From Candidatus Latescibacterota bacterium (GTDB lineage: Bacteria > Latescibacterota > UBA2968), in the NCBI GenBank assembly GCA_965222605.1, contig OZ244960.1, positions 1,952,001 through 2,016,000 on the forward strand: a DNA stretch of 64,000 bases. Reading direction: 5' to 3'. The position numbers and the translations under genes are program-made. Below are positions 1 through 8,614 of this stretch, piece after piece. Below the pieces are notes generated by a model that was not told the origin of the DNA, made no database searches, and saw nothing but the letters and a program-made list of their open reading frames with translations. Numbering within the stretch: the first letter of the stretch is position 1; every line of letters starts with the position of its first letter.

Positions 1-420
1 GAAAAAAATCGGTTAAATACCGAGTGGACGACGAGATCCGAATATTCCGGTGTATGGTTCGCGTTTGAGGAAATAAGAATAGCAGAATCTCTATCGCTAT
101 CCGAATTAAATCTGACATTGTCAGGCTCATTTTCGTACTGGATTCATATTGAATTAACAAATGGGACAGGTGGTATATTAGGCGAAAGAGGCGCGGAAGT
201 TGGAAAAATTGAAATGGGAATTTATAACGATACAAACTGTCGGAATGATCTTTTCGATCAGATTCAAAACGCAGATCTTGGTTGTAAGTTTCATTCAGCC
301 CAAAAGCGTCCTGCTCCAACATACTCGTACTGGAAAGCTCTCCGTTGCCCTTTAAAATTAGAAGATTTTCGTTTCTCAAAATTACACAAATTGATCGCAT
401 TGCTTATACCACCAGAGTAA
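1..420 (+). CDS. Hypothetical protein, C-terminal part (gene starts before the window)
   Basis: Frame is open from base 1 to TAA at 418-420; AT-rich; no recognisable motif. Confidence 0.5.
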   Translation, partial: EKNRLNTEWTTRSEYSGVWFAFEEIRIAESLSLSELNLTLSGSFSYWIHIELTNGTGGILGERGAEVGKIEMGIYNDTNCRNDLFDQIQNADLGCKFHSAQKRPAPTYSYWKALRCPLKLEDFRFSKLHKLIALLIPPE

Positions 421-835
421 ATCGAAGCTTGACGAATAGGGAAGTACTCTGCCTTATCTGGAACAGGTCGAATTGGTATTTGTGCTATAAAAAAAGGGGG
501 ATTATATTCAATAGTGCCGGAAAACAGTCCACTATTTATTCGCCAAATTTGAAAGAGCAACTTTAAGAAAACCCTTCTGATTCCGAATATAACCATTCAA
601 ATCAGAAAAAATAGAGCGAGCAGTTAAATTATAGTATTCTTTTAAAACCATCACAATCGGCTCTTTTTTCTCAAACGGTATATCAAATATATCAACACAA
701 TCTTCATCTTCTCTAAGAATCCCATTTTCAAAAGGACGAATAAAAATACTCGACTGAAATTGGCTGTAACCACTTTTGGGAGAATGAAGAACATCATTTC
801 CATTTCTATTTTTTCGGTCATGATAATAAATTATG

Positions 836-2160
836 GGTCAAGTCCAAAAAGTTCTGTAAAAAGGTAGCTCCGTGATAGGGGTCAGTGATTTTGTTTCAAG
901 TACGTCATGTCCAGATAGCGTCTGCCAGCGATCCACTCGTCAGACCACTCCATACACAAGGCGCCGATCAGGCGTTCACAGGCTTTCTCGTTGGGGAAGA
1001 TCTGGACGACATCAGCCCGTCTTTTGATCTCACGATTGAGTCTTTCCAAAAGGTTGGTGGTACGGATGCGTTTGCGATGCTGTTGTGGAAAGTCCAGGCA
1101 CGTCAGGCAATGCGCCACATCGCGGTCTATTTTGTCCACGAGTTTGGGTAGTACATTTTCATAGGTATCCATCATGTCTGATAGGCGTCGCTGTGCGGTG
1201 TTGCGATCGGGCGCGTTAAAAACGTCTTTGAGCGCATCGGCGACCTCGCGTTGATGCTTAGGGGGTGTGATGCCTCTGATATTTCGGTGAAAATGGGTTT
1301 GACAATGCTGCCAAGAGGCCCCTTGGAAGTGTCGTTTGATGGCGTTTTGTAATCCTTCATGGTGGTCAGAGATGACGAGTTGCACGCCCTTTAACCCTCG
1401 CTTTTTAAGGTCTTTAAACAAGGACGTGTAGGTGGCTTCTGTCTCGGTGTGTGCCACATCGAGTGATAGGATGTCTCGGTGTCCACTCTCTGAGATGCCA
1501 GTCACGATTAAGACCCCCTCAGAGACGACCTGTCCCCCAGATCGGATGTAGAGATAGGTCGCATCAATGATCAGGTAAGGGTATGCCTGTTCAAGCGGTC
1601 GCGCTCGCCAAGCCTGGATGTCTGCATCAAGTTCTTGACACAGGTCAGACACCTGAGACTTTGAAAAGGAGGTACCACACAACTGTTCTGTAATCTTAGT
1701 CACTTTGCGTGTGGAGACCCCTTGCAGATACGCCTCTTGAAGGGCAAGAATCAGGGCTTTTTCACTGCGTTGAAAGCGCGCAAATAATCCACTGTGGAAC
1801 CGTCCTTCTCGATCTTGAGGGACGCTCAGTTCGATACGGCCAACGCGCGTTTTGACAATACGGGGTTTATATCCATTACGGTAGCCCGTACGATCTGTCG
1901 TGCGTTGGTAGGGTTCTGCCTGTAAAAACGTGCTGATCTCCGCTTCGAGAAACTGCTGGAGGAAGCGTGTCACGGCCTGATTGAGAAAATCAGGATCATT
2001 CAAAAGTGCAAATTGCTCTGGCGAAGAAATTTTAATATCTTTGGGGTAAGTCATCGTAGCCTCCAAGTTAGGGTTTATACTACTTTGTCACCCCTATTTT
2101 AAGATTTTTCTCGGAGCTACGGTGACTTTTTCAATTTTACAGAAATATATGGACTCTATC
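836..2160 (-). mobile_element. IS256-family insertion sequence, 1325 bp, with 8-bp target-site duplication AAATTATG (828-835 and 2161-2168)
   Basis: Imperfect terminal inverted repeats GGTCAAGTCCAAAAAGTTCTGTAAAA and GATAGAGTCCATATATTTCTGTAAAA; flanking direct repeat; mutator-type transposase inside. Confidence 0.95.
882..2066 (-). CDS. IS256-family (mutator) DDE transposase
   Basis: RNGYKPR, VPQDREG, GVSTRKV, YLIIDA, ISDHHEGL, QHCQTHF and TTNLLERLNREIKRR motifs. Confidence 0.95.
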   Translation of the reverse strand: MEATMTYPKDIKISSPEQFALLNDPDFLNQAVTRFLQQFLEAEISTFLQAEPYQRTTDRTGYRNGYKPRIVKTRVGRIELSVPQDREGRFHSGLFARFQRSEKALILALQEAYLQGVSTRKVTKITEQLCGTSFSKSQVSDLCQELDADIQAWRARPLEQAYPYLIIDATYLYIRSGGQVVSEGVLIVTGISESGHRDILSLDVAHTETEATYTSLFKDLKKRGLKGVQLVISDHHEGLQNAIKRHFQGASWQHCQTHFHRNIRGITPPKHQREVADALKDVFNAPDRNTAQRRLSDMMDTYENVLPKLVDKIDRDVAHCLTCLDFPQQHRKRIRTTNLLERLNREIKRRADVVQIFPNEKACERLIGALCMEWSDEWIAGRRYLDMTYLKQNH

Positions 2161-2629
2161 AAATTATGATACGTCCATCACCTTCCTCATCTCCCAAAAA
2201 ACTATCAGGAGTATGACATGCAAAAACCAACGCAATATTAATATCCTTTGTAAAATCTATCAAATTAGTCACCCCACCAAGATGTTGAATTTCAGCAAAA
2301 TACTTAACTAATTGAGAGGGCATATACCCCTGATTCCGCCATATATCCACATAAGACCTATCAACACCTTCAAAAGAAACAATATCCCGTGCAATAAGTT
2401 CTTCAGACTTGACTATAATACGATTTTTCATCACATAATCTAATGCGTCCCAATCATACACATCCGAAAGAAAACGATACAACCCAGAAGATATATAAGA
2501 ATACTTTTGAGGCTCTCCCCTATAAAGAACTTCAATACCCAAATCTTCTCCGCATCGTTTTTTCGATAAGTCAACAATGCTTTTAACCACTTCCGAATAA
2601 TAATCAAAAAATTCTTTACTCATTATTTC

Positions 2630-3361
2630 TTATCTCGGATTTACTGATAGATACAAATTTGCAACTCTCTCGGCATACCTCTCTGTTTGCTCCAATATCG
2701 CATCCTCAACATCTGTCCAGATGTTCGCATTGCATACATAACCAAAATACCCGCCACCATCCCATAAAGTAACCGTTTTTCTATAAGGCTTATCACCTCG
2801 ATAAAAAATAACTTCTTCCTCAAGACTTAATCCAATCGTATATGCAGCACTTTTATTATCTCCATTTACTACTTGCACAGAAAAGTATATATAACTCGAT
2901 GACCAAAATGGTGTTAAAGGAATACCATAGCGTCTTAATAACAACTCAAATTTATCTCTTACACGCTGTTCGGAAATTATTTTCTCAGCATTATCATTAA
3001 GAAATACTACGACCCTCAACTCATCTATATTACTAAAAATTGTCACATCAGAGGCAGTAGTAGCATAATACTCTGATCTAAATTTCTCAAATGCTCTTTT
3101 GTATTCTTCAGGTATTTCAGCAGGAATTTCTACCTTTTTTATCACCTCTTTTTCAATCAAAACAGTGTCACGCAAAATAACTTCTCTATCCACTATCAAA
3201 GTATCTACTTTCAAAATTGTATCTCTTACTGTTACAGTATCCACTAATCCCAGAAAATGCGACCAAGAACCTTCTTCTTGATCTCTTTTGCTACAACTCA
3301 CCAGTATCAGCAATCCCAACACTATACCAGTTATCCGAAAAAAATCTAATAAATTATTCAT
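2630..3361 (-). CDS. Hypothetical lipoprotein
   Basis: 243-aa ORF with a hydrophobic N-terminus and LVSC lipobox; directly upstream of the FRG gene. Confidence 0.7.
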   Translation of the reverse strand: MNNLLDFFRITGIVLGLLILVSCSKRDQEEGSWSHFLGLVDTVTVRDTILKVDTLIVDREVILRDTVLIEKEVIKKVEIPAEIPEEYKRAFEKFRSEYYATTASDVTIFSNIDELRVVVFLNDNAEKIISEQRVRDKFELLLRRYGIPLTPFWSSSYIYFSVQVVNGDNKSAAYTIGLSLEEEVIFYRGDKPYRKTVTLWDGGGYFGYVCNANIWTDVEDAILEQTERYAERVANLYLSVNPR

Positions 3362-3407
3362 AAAATTATCCTATCACAACCTTTTGGCACTATCGTATAT
3401 AATTTTG

Positions 3408-3473
3408 AAAAAAAGCCCTGGAGAAATCCGGGGCTTAATTCGTAACTTTTTACTCACAACATCTCAAACATTT
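3408..3473. repeat. Repeat arm A, copy 1: hairpin terminator plus the shared gene 3' end (AAT GTT TGA on the minus strand)
   Basis: AAAAAAGCCCTGGAGAAATCCGGGGCTT...TTCGTAACTTTT...CACAACATCTCAAACATTT, also at 6667-6734. Confidence 0.85.
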
Positions 3474-3545
3474 GTGATCGGCGCGTAGTGTAATACGGTG
3501 ACTACTCCCAACGCTAAAGCTCTCTGCGAGTGGGCTTCTTGGCGG

Positions 3546-4670
3546 TCAAACCGCCTGACGTTGTAGCCCCAACGTCAATATATTTATGGCAGCATTGAGG
3601 TCTCTGTCTGTTGTATAGCCACACTTTTTGCAATGATGCACACGCTCAGAGAGTTTTTTCTTTTCTCTGTGCCCGCATGCCGAGCAATCTTGTGACGTGT
3701 ATTCAGGCTTGACGGCCTTGAATCCAATACCAGCCTCTTCCGCTTTGTATTCGAGACAGTGCCGAAACAGTGACCATGCTGCGTCTGCTATTGATTTAGA
3801 CAATCGCCTGTTCTTTTGCATCTTCTGAACTTTCAATTTCTCGACGGCTATGAAGCCGTAGCGATTGACCATTTTTCTTGATTCTTGATGGGCAAAGTTA
3901 TGTCGCTTATTACGGATACGCTCATGCACTCTGGCAATGACTTTACGACGCTTTTCTCTTACGGCGTCAGTTTTAGGTCTTTTTTTCACCGCGTCCCATT
4001 TGCGCTGTGCTTTGGCAAGAGTCTTTTCTTCTTTTCTAAAGAATCGCTGGTTGGCTATTGTCTGCCCGTCACTGGTTACAGCAAAGGAATTGAGACCCAC
4101 GTCAATGCCTGTTGGCGGGCGTTGCTCGTCACAAGGCTCTGGCTCGCCAATATCACAAGGGATAGATGCAAACCATTTACCCGTCGACGTGCGAGTGATA
4201 GTGCAAGACTTAGGAATACCTTCAAGTGGTCTGTGCTGGACAACGCGAATACAGCCTATTTTGCTCAATCGCAAGCCCTTGCCGTCCAATCGGCAACCGC
4301 TGGAAAAATTAGGATAGGTGATAGAATCATAGCGATTCTGTCCCTTATATCTGGGAAAGCCCGCTTTCTCGCCAGTCTTTGCCATCTTTTTGAGTCGGCG
4401 AAAGAAACCTTTGAATGCCAAATCGACTCTTGCTGATACTTGCTGCAATACCTGACTATATACTTGCGTAAATTCAGCATGTTGTTGCTTCAGCAATGGT
4501 ATCGTATTCGTCTGGTCATACTGGGACAGAGACTTATTCTCGTTTTTCCATGCTTGTTTTCTGGCGCAGAGGAGTTGATTGTAGAGAATGCGACATTCGT
4601 CAATATGCGCCAGCAAGATTCTTTCTTGCTTTTTCGTTGGTCGCAATCTATATTTTAATGACTTAACCAT
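3546..4670 (-). CDS. tnpB: RNA-guided endonuclease TnpB
   Basis: KYRLRPT HTH start, GFPRYK, RuvC GIDVG / VEKL / DRDLNAA, CxxC-CxxC zinc ribbon. Confidence 0.95.
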   Translation of the reverse strand: MVKSLKYRLRPTKKQERILLAHIDECRILYNQLLCARKQAWKNENKSLSQYDQTNTIPLLKQQHAEFTQVYSQVLQQVSARVDLAFKGFFRRLKKMAKTGEKAGFPRYKGQNRYDSITYPNFSSGCRLDGKGLRLSKIGCIRVVQHRPLEGIPKSCTITRTSTGKWFASIPCDIGEPEPCDEQRPPTGIDVGLNSFAVTSDGQTIANQRFFRKEEKTLAKAQRKWDAVKKRPKTDAVREKRRKVIARVHERIRNKRHNFAHQESRKMVNRYGFIAVEKLKVQKMQKNRRLSKSIADAAWSLFRHCLEYKAEEAGIGFKAVKPEYTSQDCSACGHREKKKLSERVHHCKKCGYTTDRDLNAAINILTLGLQRQAV

Positions 4671-4676
4671 AATAAA

Positions 4677-4705
4677 AATATATACTTATGTGCCGTTTCT
4701 GTCAA
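4677..4705 (-). promoter_or_regulatory. Sigma70 promoter of tnpB copy 1 (probably leaderless)
   Basis: TTGACA-17 bp-TATATT, ending 6 nt before the ATG; same layout in copy 3. Confidence 0.6.
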
Positions 4706-5065
4706 GTAAAATCAAAGGACGAATCTTGTTGATTCACTGCCACCGATAGTCCCTTGTGGACTATCCCCATGGCTAAAGCCACCCCATAAATTCTAAGCCC
4801 TTCGCCATGCGACCCACACCTAATGGTTGTGGGTTTTACGGGCTTGTCTGATAAACTGATTGGGACGTAAACCAACTGATTCATAGGTATGGCCTTCGCG
4901 ATCACAAAATTCAACTTCAAACGCTTGACCATCCGAAAGCACCTCAACAATTGTTCCAACCTGACCCTGACAGAGGCCATACTCGACAATATCTTCTGTC
5001 AATGCAACCACATCTAAAAGTTTGATGTCTTTATCCATATCATTTGGAATGAACATAAATAGTAG

Positions 5066-5192
5066 GGATATGTGATTTTCTTACAAAATAGACAGAAATT
5101 TATAAGCTGTCAACCATCGACAAGTGTTATATCCTGCTGCAAACAACAACACCATTCTAACACCGTCTGGTGTTCGTGTTGCAGATTTTAAA
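5066..5192. repeat. Repeat arm B, copy 1, containing a minus-strand promoter TTGACA(5113-5108)-17 bp-TATTTT(5090-5085)
   Basis: About 125 bp similar to 8471-8599, including the identical core ATAGACAGAAATTTATAAGCTGTCAACCA. Confidence 0.85.
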
Positions 5193-5255
5193 AAAGGGAT
5201 TATTTTATACAGGTTCGATTTTTAGCATTTAGAAACCTTTTTTGGAGGGTTACAC

Positions 5256-6623
5256 ATGAACATCATTGTCGTAATGTCCGACACCCTGCGTTACGATCAT
5301 CTGGGGTGTCATGGAAATCCATGGATCCGCACGCCGCATATAGACGCATTTTCCAAACGCTGTATGGTCTTTGACCGCGCGTATCAAGCATCGTTTCCAA
5401 CAATACCCACGCGCACAGACATGATGACCGGCAGACTCACCTTTCCCTTTCGGGGCTGGACGCCACTTCCCGAAGATGAAGTCATCCTATCCGAACTGCT
5501 CACAGACGCGGGTTATGTAACCATGCTCTTATGCGACACACCGCATCTGGTAAGAGACGGACATCGGTTTGATCGCGGATTTTTGGGCTGGGAATGGATT
5601 CGCGGGCAAGAGGGCGACCGCGCAATCACAGACGATGTCCCCGTCCCCCTCGAATCAGTCCCCGAAAAAATTCGCACGGCTGAACGCATGCAACAACATC
5701 ACTATCTCTGGCGTGCAGTACACTGGGAAACAGAACGCGACACCTTTGTCGCCCGCACCATGCAACGCGCCGCAGACTGGCTGGAAGCAAACCACACCCA
5801 CGAAAAATTCTTCCTGTACATCGACACCTTTGATCCCCACGAACCGTGGGACCCTCCCGCGCACTACGTCAATATGTACAACCCCGGATACACAGGTGAA
5901 GTCATTGACCACCCCGTTTACGACTATTGCGATTATCTGAGCGCAGAAGAAATCAAACACACGCGGGCGCTATACGCAGGTGAAGTCACGCTCATGGACA
6001 CCTGGGTCGGTCACCTGTTAGAAAAAGTAGAAAACCTGGGCCTCTGGGAAGACACAGCCGTGATCTTCATGTCCGACCACGGGCATTATATCGGCGACCA
6101 CGGACGCATTGGCAAAAGCGGACAGGGACCAGATGGCGACTGGCCCTATTACGAAGAAGTATCCCACACAGCCTTTATGGGATATGTGCCCGGCAGCAAC
6201 GCAGCGGGAAAACGCACGAAATTCTTGACACAACCCGTCGATTTCATGCCCACAATTCTCGACCTGGCAGGCATAAAAAAACCCGATGGACTACACGGGG
6301 TATCAGTCGCCCCCATTTTAAAAGGCGAAAAAGCAGAAGAACGGCGGAAAGTCGCCGTCACATCGGCAACCCTGCCCGTGCGCGAAGACCGCAGCGTGTG
6401 TTCCAGCATCACAGATGGCAACTGGACATTGCACTATCGCGGACCCAACTGGCCGGCGGAATTATACGATTTGCGAACAGACCTCGCACAAAAGAACAAC
6501 GTGTATAACCGCAAAAACATGGCCGTAGCACAACGCCTGCACAAAGCGTATCTGGAAGTATTAAAACACGCTGAAACACCCGAAGAAAAATTCGCGTTGC
6601 GAACACAACTGCCCAATGTATGA
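5256..6623 (+). CDS. Sulfatase-family (alkaline phosphatase superfamily) hydrolase with non-canonical TIPTR motif
   Basis: MNIIVVMSDTLRYD, TPHID, TIPTR..MTGR, FDPHEPW, SDHGH, DFMPTILD, ELYDL; GGAGG RBS. Confidence 0.9.
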   Translation: MNIIVVMSDTLRYDHLGCHGNPWIRTPHIDAFSKRCMVFDRAYQASFPTIPTRTDMMTGRLTFPFRGWTPLPEDEVILSELLTDAGYVTMLLCDTPHLVRDGHRFDRGFLGWEWIRGQEGDRAITDDVPVPLESVPEKIRTAERMQQHHYLWRAVHWETERDTFVARTMQRAADWLEANHTHEKFFLYIDTFDPHEPWDPPAHYVNMYNPGYTGEVIDHPVYDYCDYLSAEEIKHTRALYAGEVTLMDTWVGHLLEKVENLGLWEDTAVIFMSDHGHYIGDHGRIGKSGQGPDGDWPYYEEVSHTAFMGYVPGSNAAGKRTKFLTQPVDFMPTILDLAGIKKPDGLHGVSVAPILKGEKAEERRKVAVTSATLPVREDRSVCSSITDGNWTLHYRGPNWPAELYDLRTDLAQKNNVYNRKNMAVAQRLHKAYLEVLKHAETPEEKFALRTQLPNV

Positions 6624-6666
6624 TCAGTACATGGGTTCCCATTTTAGACTCTGAGATTTACAATAC

Positions 6667-6734
6667 AAAAAAGCCCTGGAGAAATCCGGGGCTTTTTTAT
6701 TCGTAACTTTTCGCACACAACATCTCAAACATTT
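6667..6734. terminator. Repeat arm A, copy 2: bidirectional hairpin terminator between the sulfatase and the methyltransferase
   Basis: AAAAAAGCCC...GGGCTTTTTT hairpin between convergent genes; matches 3408-3473. Confidence 0.8.
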
Positions 6735-7738
6735 ATTTCGTACACTGCTTCCAATTCCCGTATTAGAAGATCCATCTGCTCAGGCTCTTTTTCGTACGTA
6801 TTGAATGATTTTACAGCTTCTGTTGCGATCTCCACCGACCTCTTTTCCTTGTCAATCCCGATATATCTTCTTCCCTCACTCAATGCTGCCAAAGCAGTCG
6901 TGCCGCTTCCTATAAAGCAATCGAGCACAATTTCATCAGGTTCGGTAAATAGCTTAATGGCTCTACGAGGTAACTCAACTGGAAACTTAGAATCATGATC
7001 TGAATTGCTGCGTACAGAAGGAATTTCCCATACGCCTCTGGAACCCCAATTTACCCATTCTTGTTTTGTAAGCCTTGATCTATCAACCTTCGTTATACCC
7101 GGCTTCCAAAAAATATAAATATATTCTGACTCATCTACAGAACGGTATGATATGGTATGCCATCTTGAATTCTCCCAGGCAGCGTCTTTTACCCATATAC
7201 GCCGGTCATACAAATAAAAATCTGCATCTGTAGCAGCTTTTTCTATTAATTCCCCAACGAGATAGACCCTTGTTTGGGATTGATATTTCCCACCTCTAAT
7301 ATTGTTACCGTTAAGCCGCCTATCTATTGTTTGCTCGCTGCAACCAAAGTGTTCTGCAAGTTTGTACCTATTCCAATTGGGATGCTGTTGTACAACCTTA
7401 AGTATGTCTTCTTTTGTAAGATTAATTTTTCGACGAGAAATGTTTTCTGCCATAATTTTGGGCATCGTCTCATCCTTAAAACACAATATATCGGCAATAT
7501 TGATCACTAAAAATCCACCGGGTTTTACAATAGGAAAATGAAGTTTAATCACCTTTCGCAGAAGATTTTTCCAATCTTCAAATGATAAATCCTTCTCGTA
7601 TTCTTTCCCGACGTAATACGGAGGGGACCAGATACTGAGCGCAATAGATTCCCGCTCAATTCTCCCCAAAAGCTCCTGCGAATCGCCGTGATATATCGCG
7701 TTTGGTGCAAGTGACTTAAACAAGTTTACGATTGCCAT
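6725..7738 (-). CDS. Site-specific N4-cytosine DNA methyltransferase (beta class, M.BglI/M.SfiI-like) with an internal HTH-like segment
   Basis: WSPPYY catalytic motif precedes the VLDCFIGSGTT SAM-binding motif; start overlaps the REase end. Confidence 0.9.
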   Translation of the reverse strand: MAIVNLFKSLAPNAIYHGDSQELLGRIERESIALSIWSPPYYVGKEYEKDLSFEDWKNLLRKVIKLHFPIVKPGGFLVINIADILCFKDETMPKIMAENISRRKINLTKEDILKVVQQHPNWNRYKLAEHFGCSEQTIDRRLNGNNIRGGKYQSQTRVYLVGELIEKAATDADFYLYDRRIWVKDAAWENSRWHTISYRSVDESEYIYIFWKPGITKVDRSRLTKQEWVNWGSRGVWEIPSVRSNSDHDSKFPVELPRRAIKLFTEPDEIVLDCFIGSGTTALAALSEGRRYIGIDKEKRSVEIATEAVKSFNTYEKEPEQMDLLIRELEAVYEINV

Positions 7739-8442
7739 GACCCTATACACTCCTGTCCGTCTTCATCATAGGTAAGCCTTTGTACTCGCCACGAAGCCTT
7801 GTCCTTTAACCTGCTAAAGCCTACTCTTACCCTGAAATCTTCACCCCGTGTTGGTGCATTTCTACCAGCCAGCCAGATACCATCATCAACCGTTGGATTA
7901 TACCTTGCTTGCAATTTTCCATTTGGAATTGCTACCATAGTCACTTCATGCAAACGGTGATGACCTGAAAGATCATCGTAGCTGAAATGAATAAGGCATG
8001 TCGTTGTAAGGTAATTTTTATCTCCATATCTGGATATTTCTGGCAAAAACCCTTTTTCATTAACCTGGGCACCGGATCGCCGTTGTCTCACGCACATGGA
8101 CGTTTGTGACATCTGAATCGTTGCAGAACGATTTTCCTTCTCTGCTTTTGAGTCAATAAATAATGCCTGTCTGACGGTTTGATCAGGGAGGATCACGTAT
8201 CTTGCTTTTTTGTAATCGACTGTTCCATATACCCTCTGTTGCACATTGAACCCTGAAAGCCGATCAAGCAATTCTCGAGTTATATCTTCAGCAATATCTT
8301 TAACACTATCAGGCGATTTAAGGAATATTTCATGTGCTTCCATTCCGAAATCATAAACCGCTTGAAATATCCAACGCAACGTGAGCTTTTCGATTTCCTC
8401 GATTTCATCCAGGGATAAAATTTTGGGGTCTTTTTCTGTCAT
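7726..8442 (-). CDS. SfiI-family type II restriction endonuclease
   Basis: LSLDEIEEIEKLTLR, AEDIT, DYKK, DSKA, RYNP, RGEDFRVRV and WRVQ correspond to motifs recalled from R.SfiI; paired with an MTase. Confidence 0.85.
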   Translation of the reverse strand: MTEKDPKILSLDEIEEIEKLTLRWIFQAVYDFGMEAHEIFLKSPDSVKDIAEDITRELLDRLSGFNVQQRVYGTVDYKKARYVILPDQTVRQALFIDSKAEKENRSATIQMSQTSMCVRQRRSGAQVNEKGFLPEISRYGDKNYLTTTCLIHFSYDDLSGHHRLHEVTMVAIPNGKLQARYNPTVDDGIWLAGRNAPTRGEDFRVRVGFSRLKDKASWRVQRLTYDEDGQECIGSWQS

Positions 8443-8470
8443 GTATTTACGTGGTATGTGACTTCAAAAT

Positions 8471-8599
8471 GGATATTTGATTTTGCTACAAACATAGACA
8501 GAAATTTATAAGCTGTCAACCACCGACAAGCGTTATATCCTGATACAAACCATAACCCCATTCTAACACCATCTGGCATTCGTATTGCAGGTTTTGAAA
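8471..8599. repeat. Repeat arm B, copy 2, containing promoter TTGACA(8519-8514)-17 bp-TATGTT(8496-8491) for the R-M operon
   Basis: Similar to 5066-5192. Confidence 0.85.
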
Positions 8600-8614
8600 G
8601 CAGAATGCGATCAT

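Larger units (their letters stand above)
532..2623 (-). pseudogene. FRG-domain protein interrupted by IS256 (N-part 2161-2623, C-part 532-835)
   Basis: N-part has YRGE, SGLYR, QHLGGVTNLIDFTKD and ALVFAC, typical of FRG domains. Removing the IS and one TSD restores the frame (DGRIIIYYHDRK...QSSIFIRP...KEPIVMVLKEYYNLTARSIFSDLNGYIRNQ...) to TAG at 532-534. Confidence 0.85.
3498..4850 (-). mobile_element. IS200/IS605-family (IS1341-like, TnpB-only) element, copy 1
   Basis: Left end TTAT|CAGACAAGCCCGTAAAACCC; right end AAGAAGCCCA...TGGGAGTAGTCAC; no TSD; precise removal restores the host gene. Confidence 0.9.
3464..5038 (-). pseudogene. DUF4926-like small protein interrupted by the TnpB element (N-part 4851-5038, C-part 3464-3497)
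   Basis: LLDVVALTED...GQVGTIVEVL...AFEVEFCDREGHTY matches DUF4926. Excising 3498-4850 gives the in-frame ending ...RPNQFIVLHYAPITNV*. Confidence 0.85.

Noticed and set aside
3408-8599. Classical integron cassette array
   Set aside because: No IntI gene or attC structure (RYYYAAC...GTTRRRY) seen, and the cargoes have their own promoter arm
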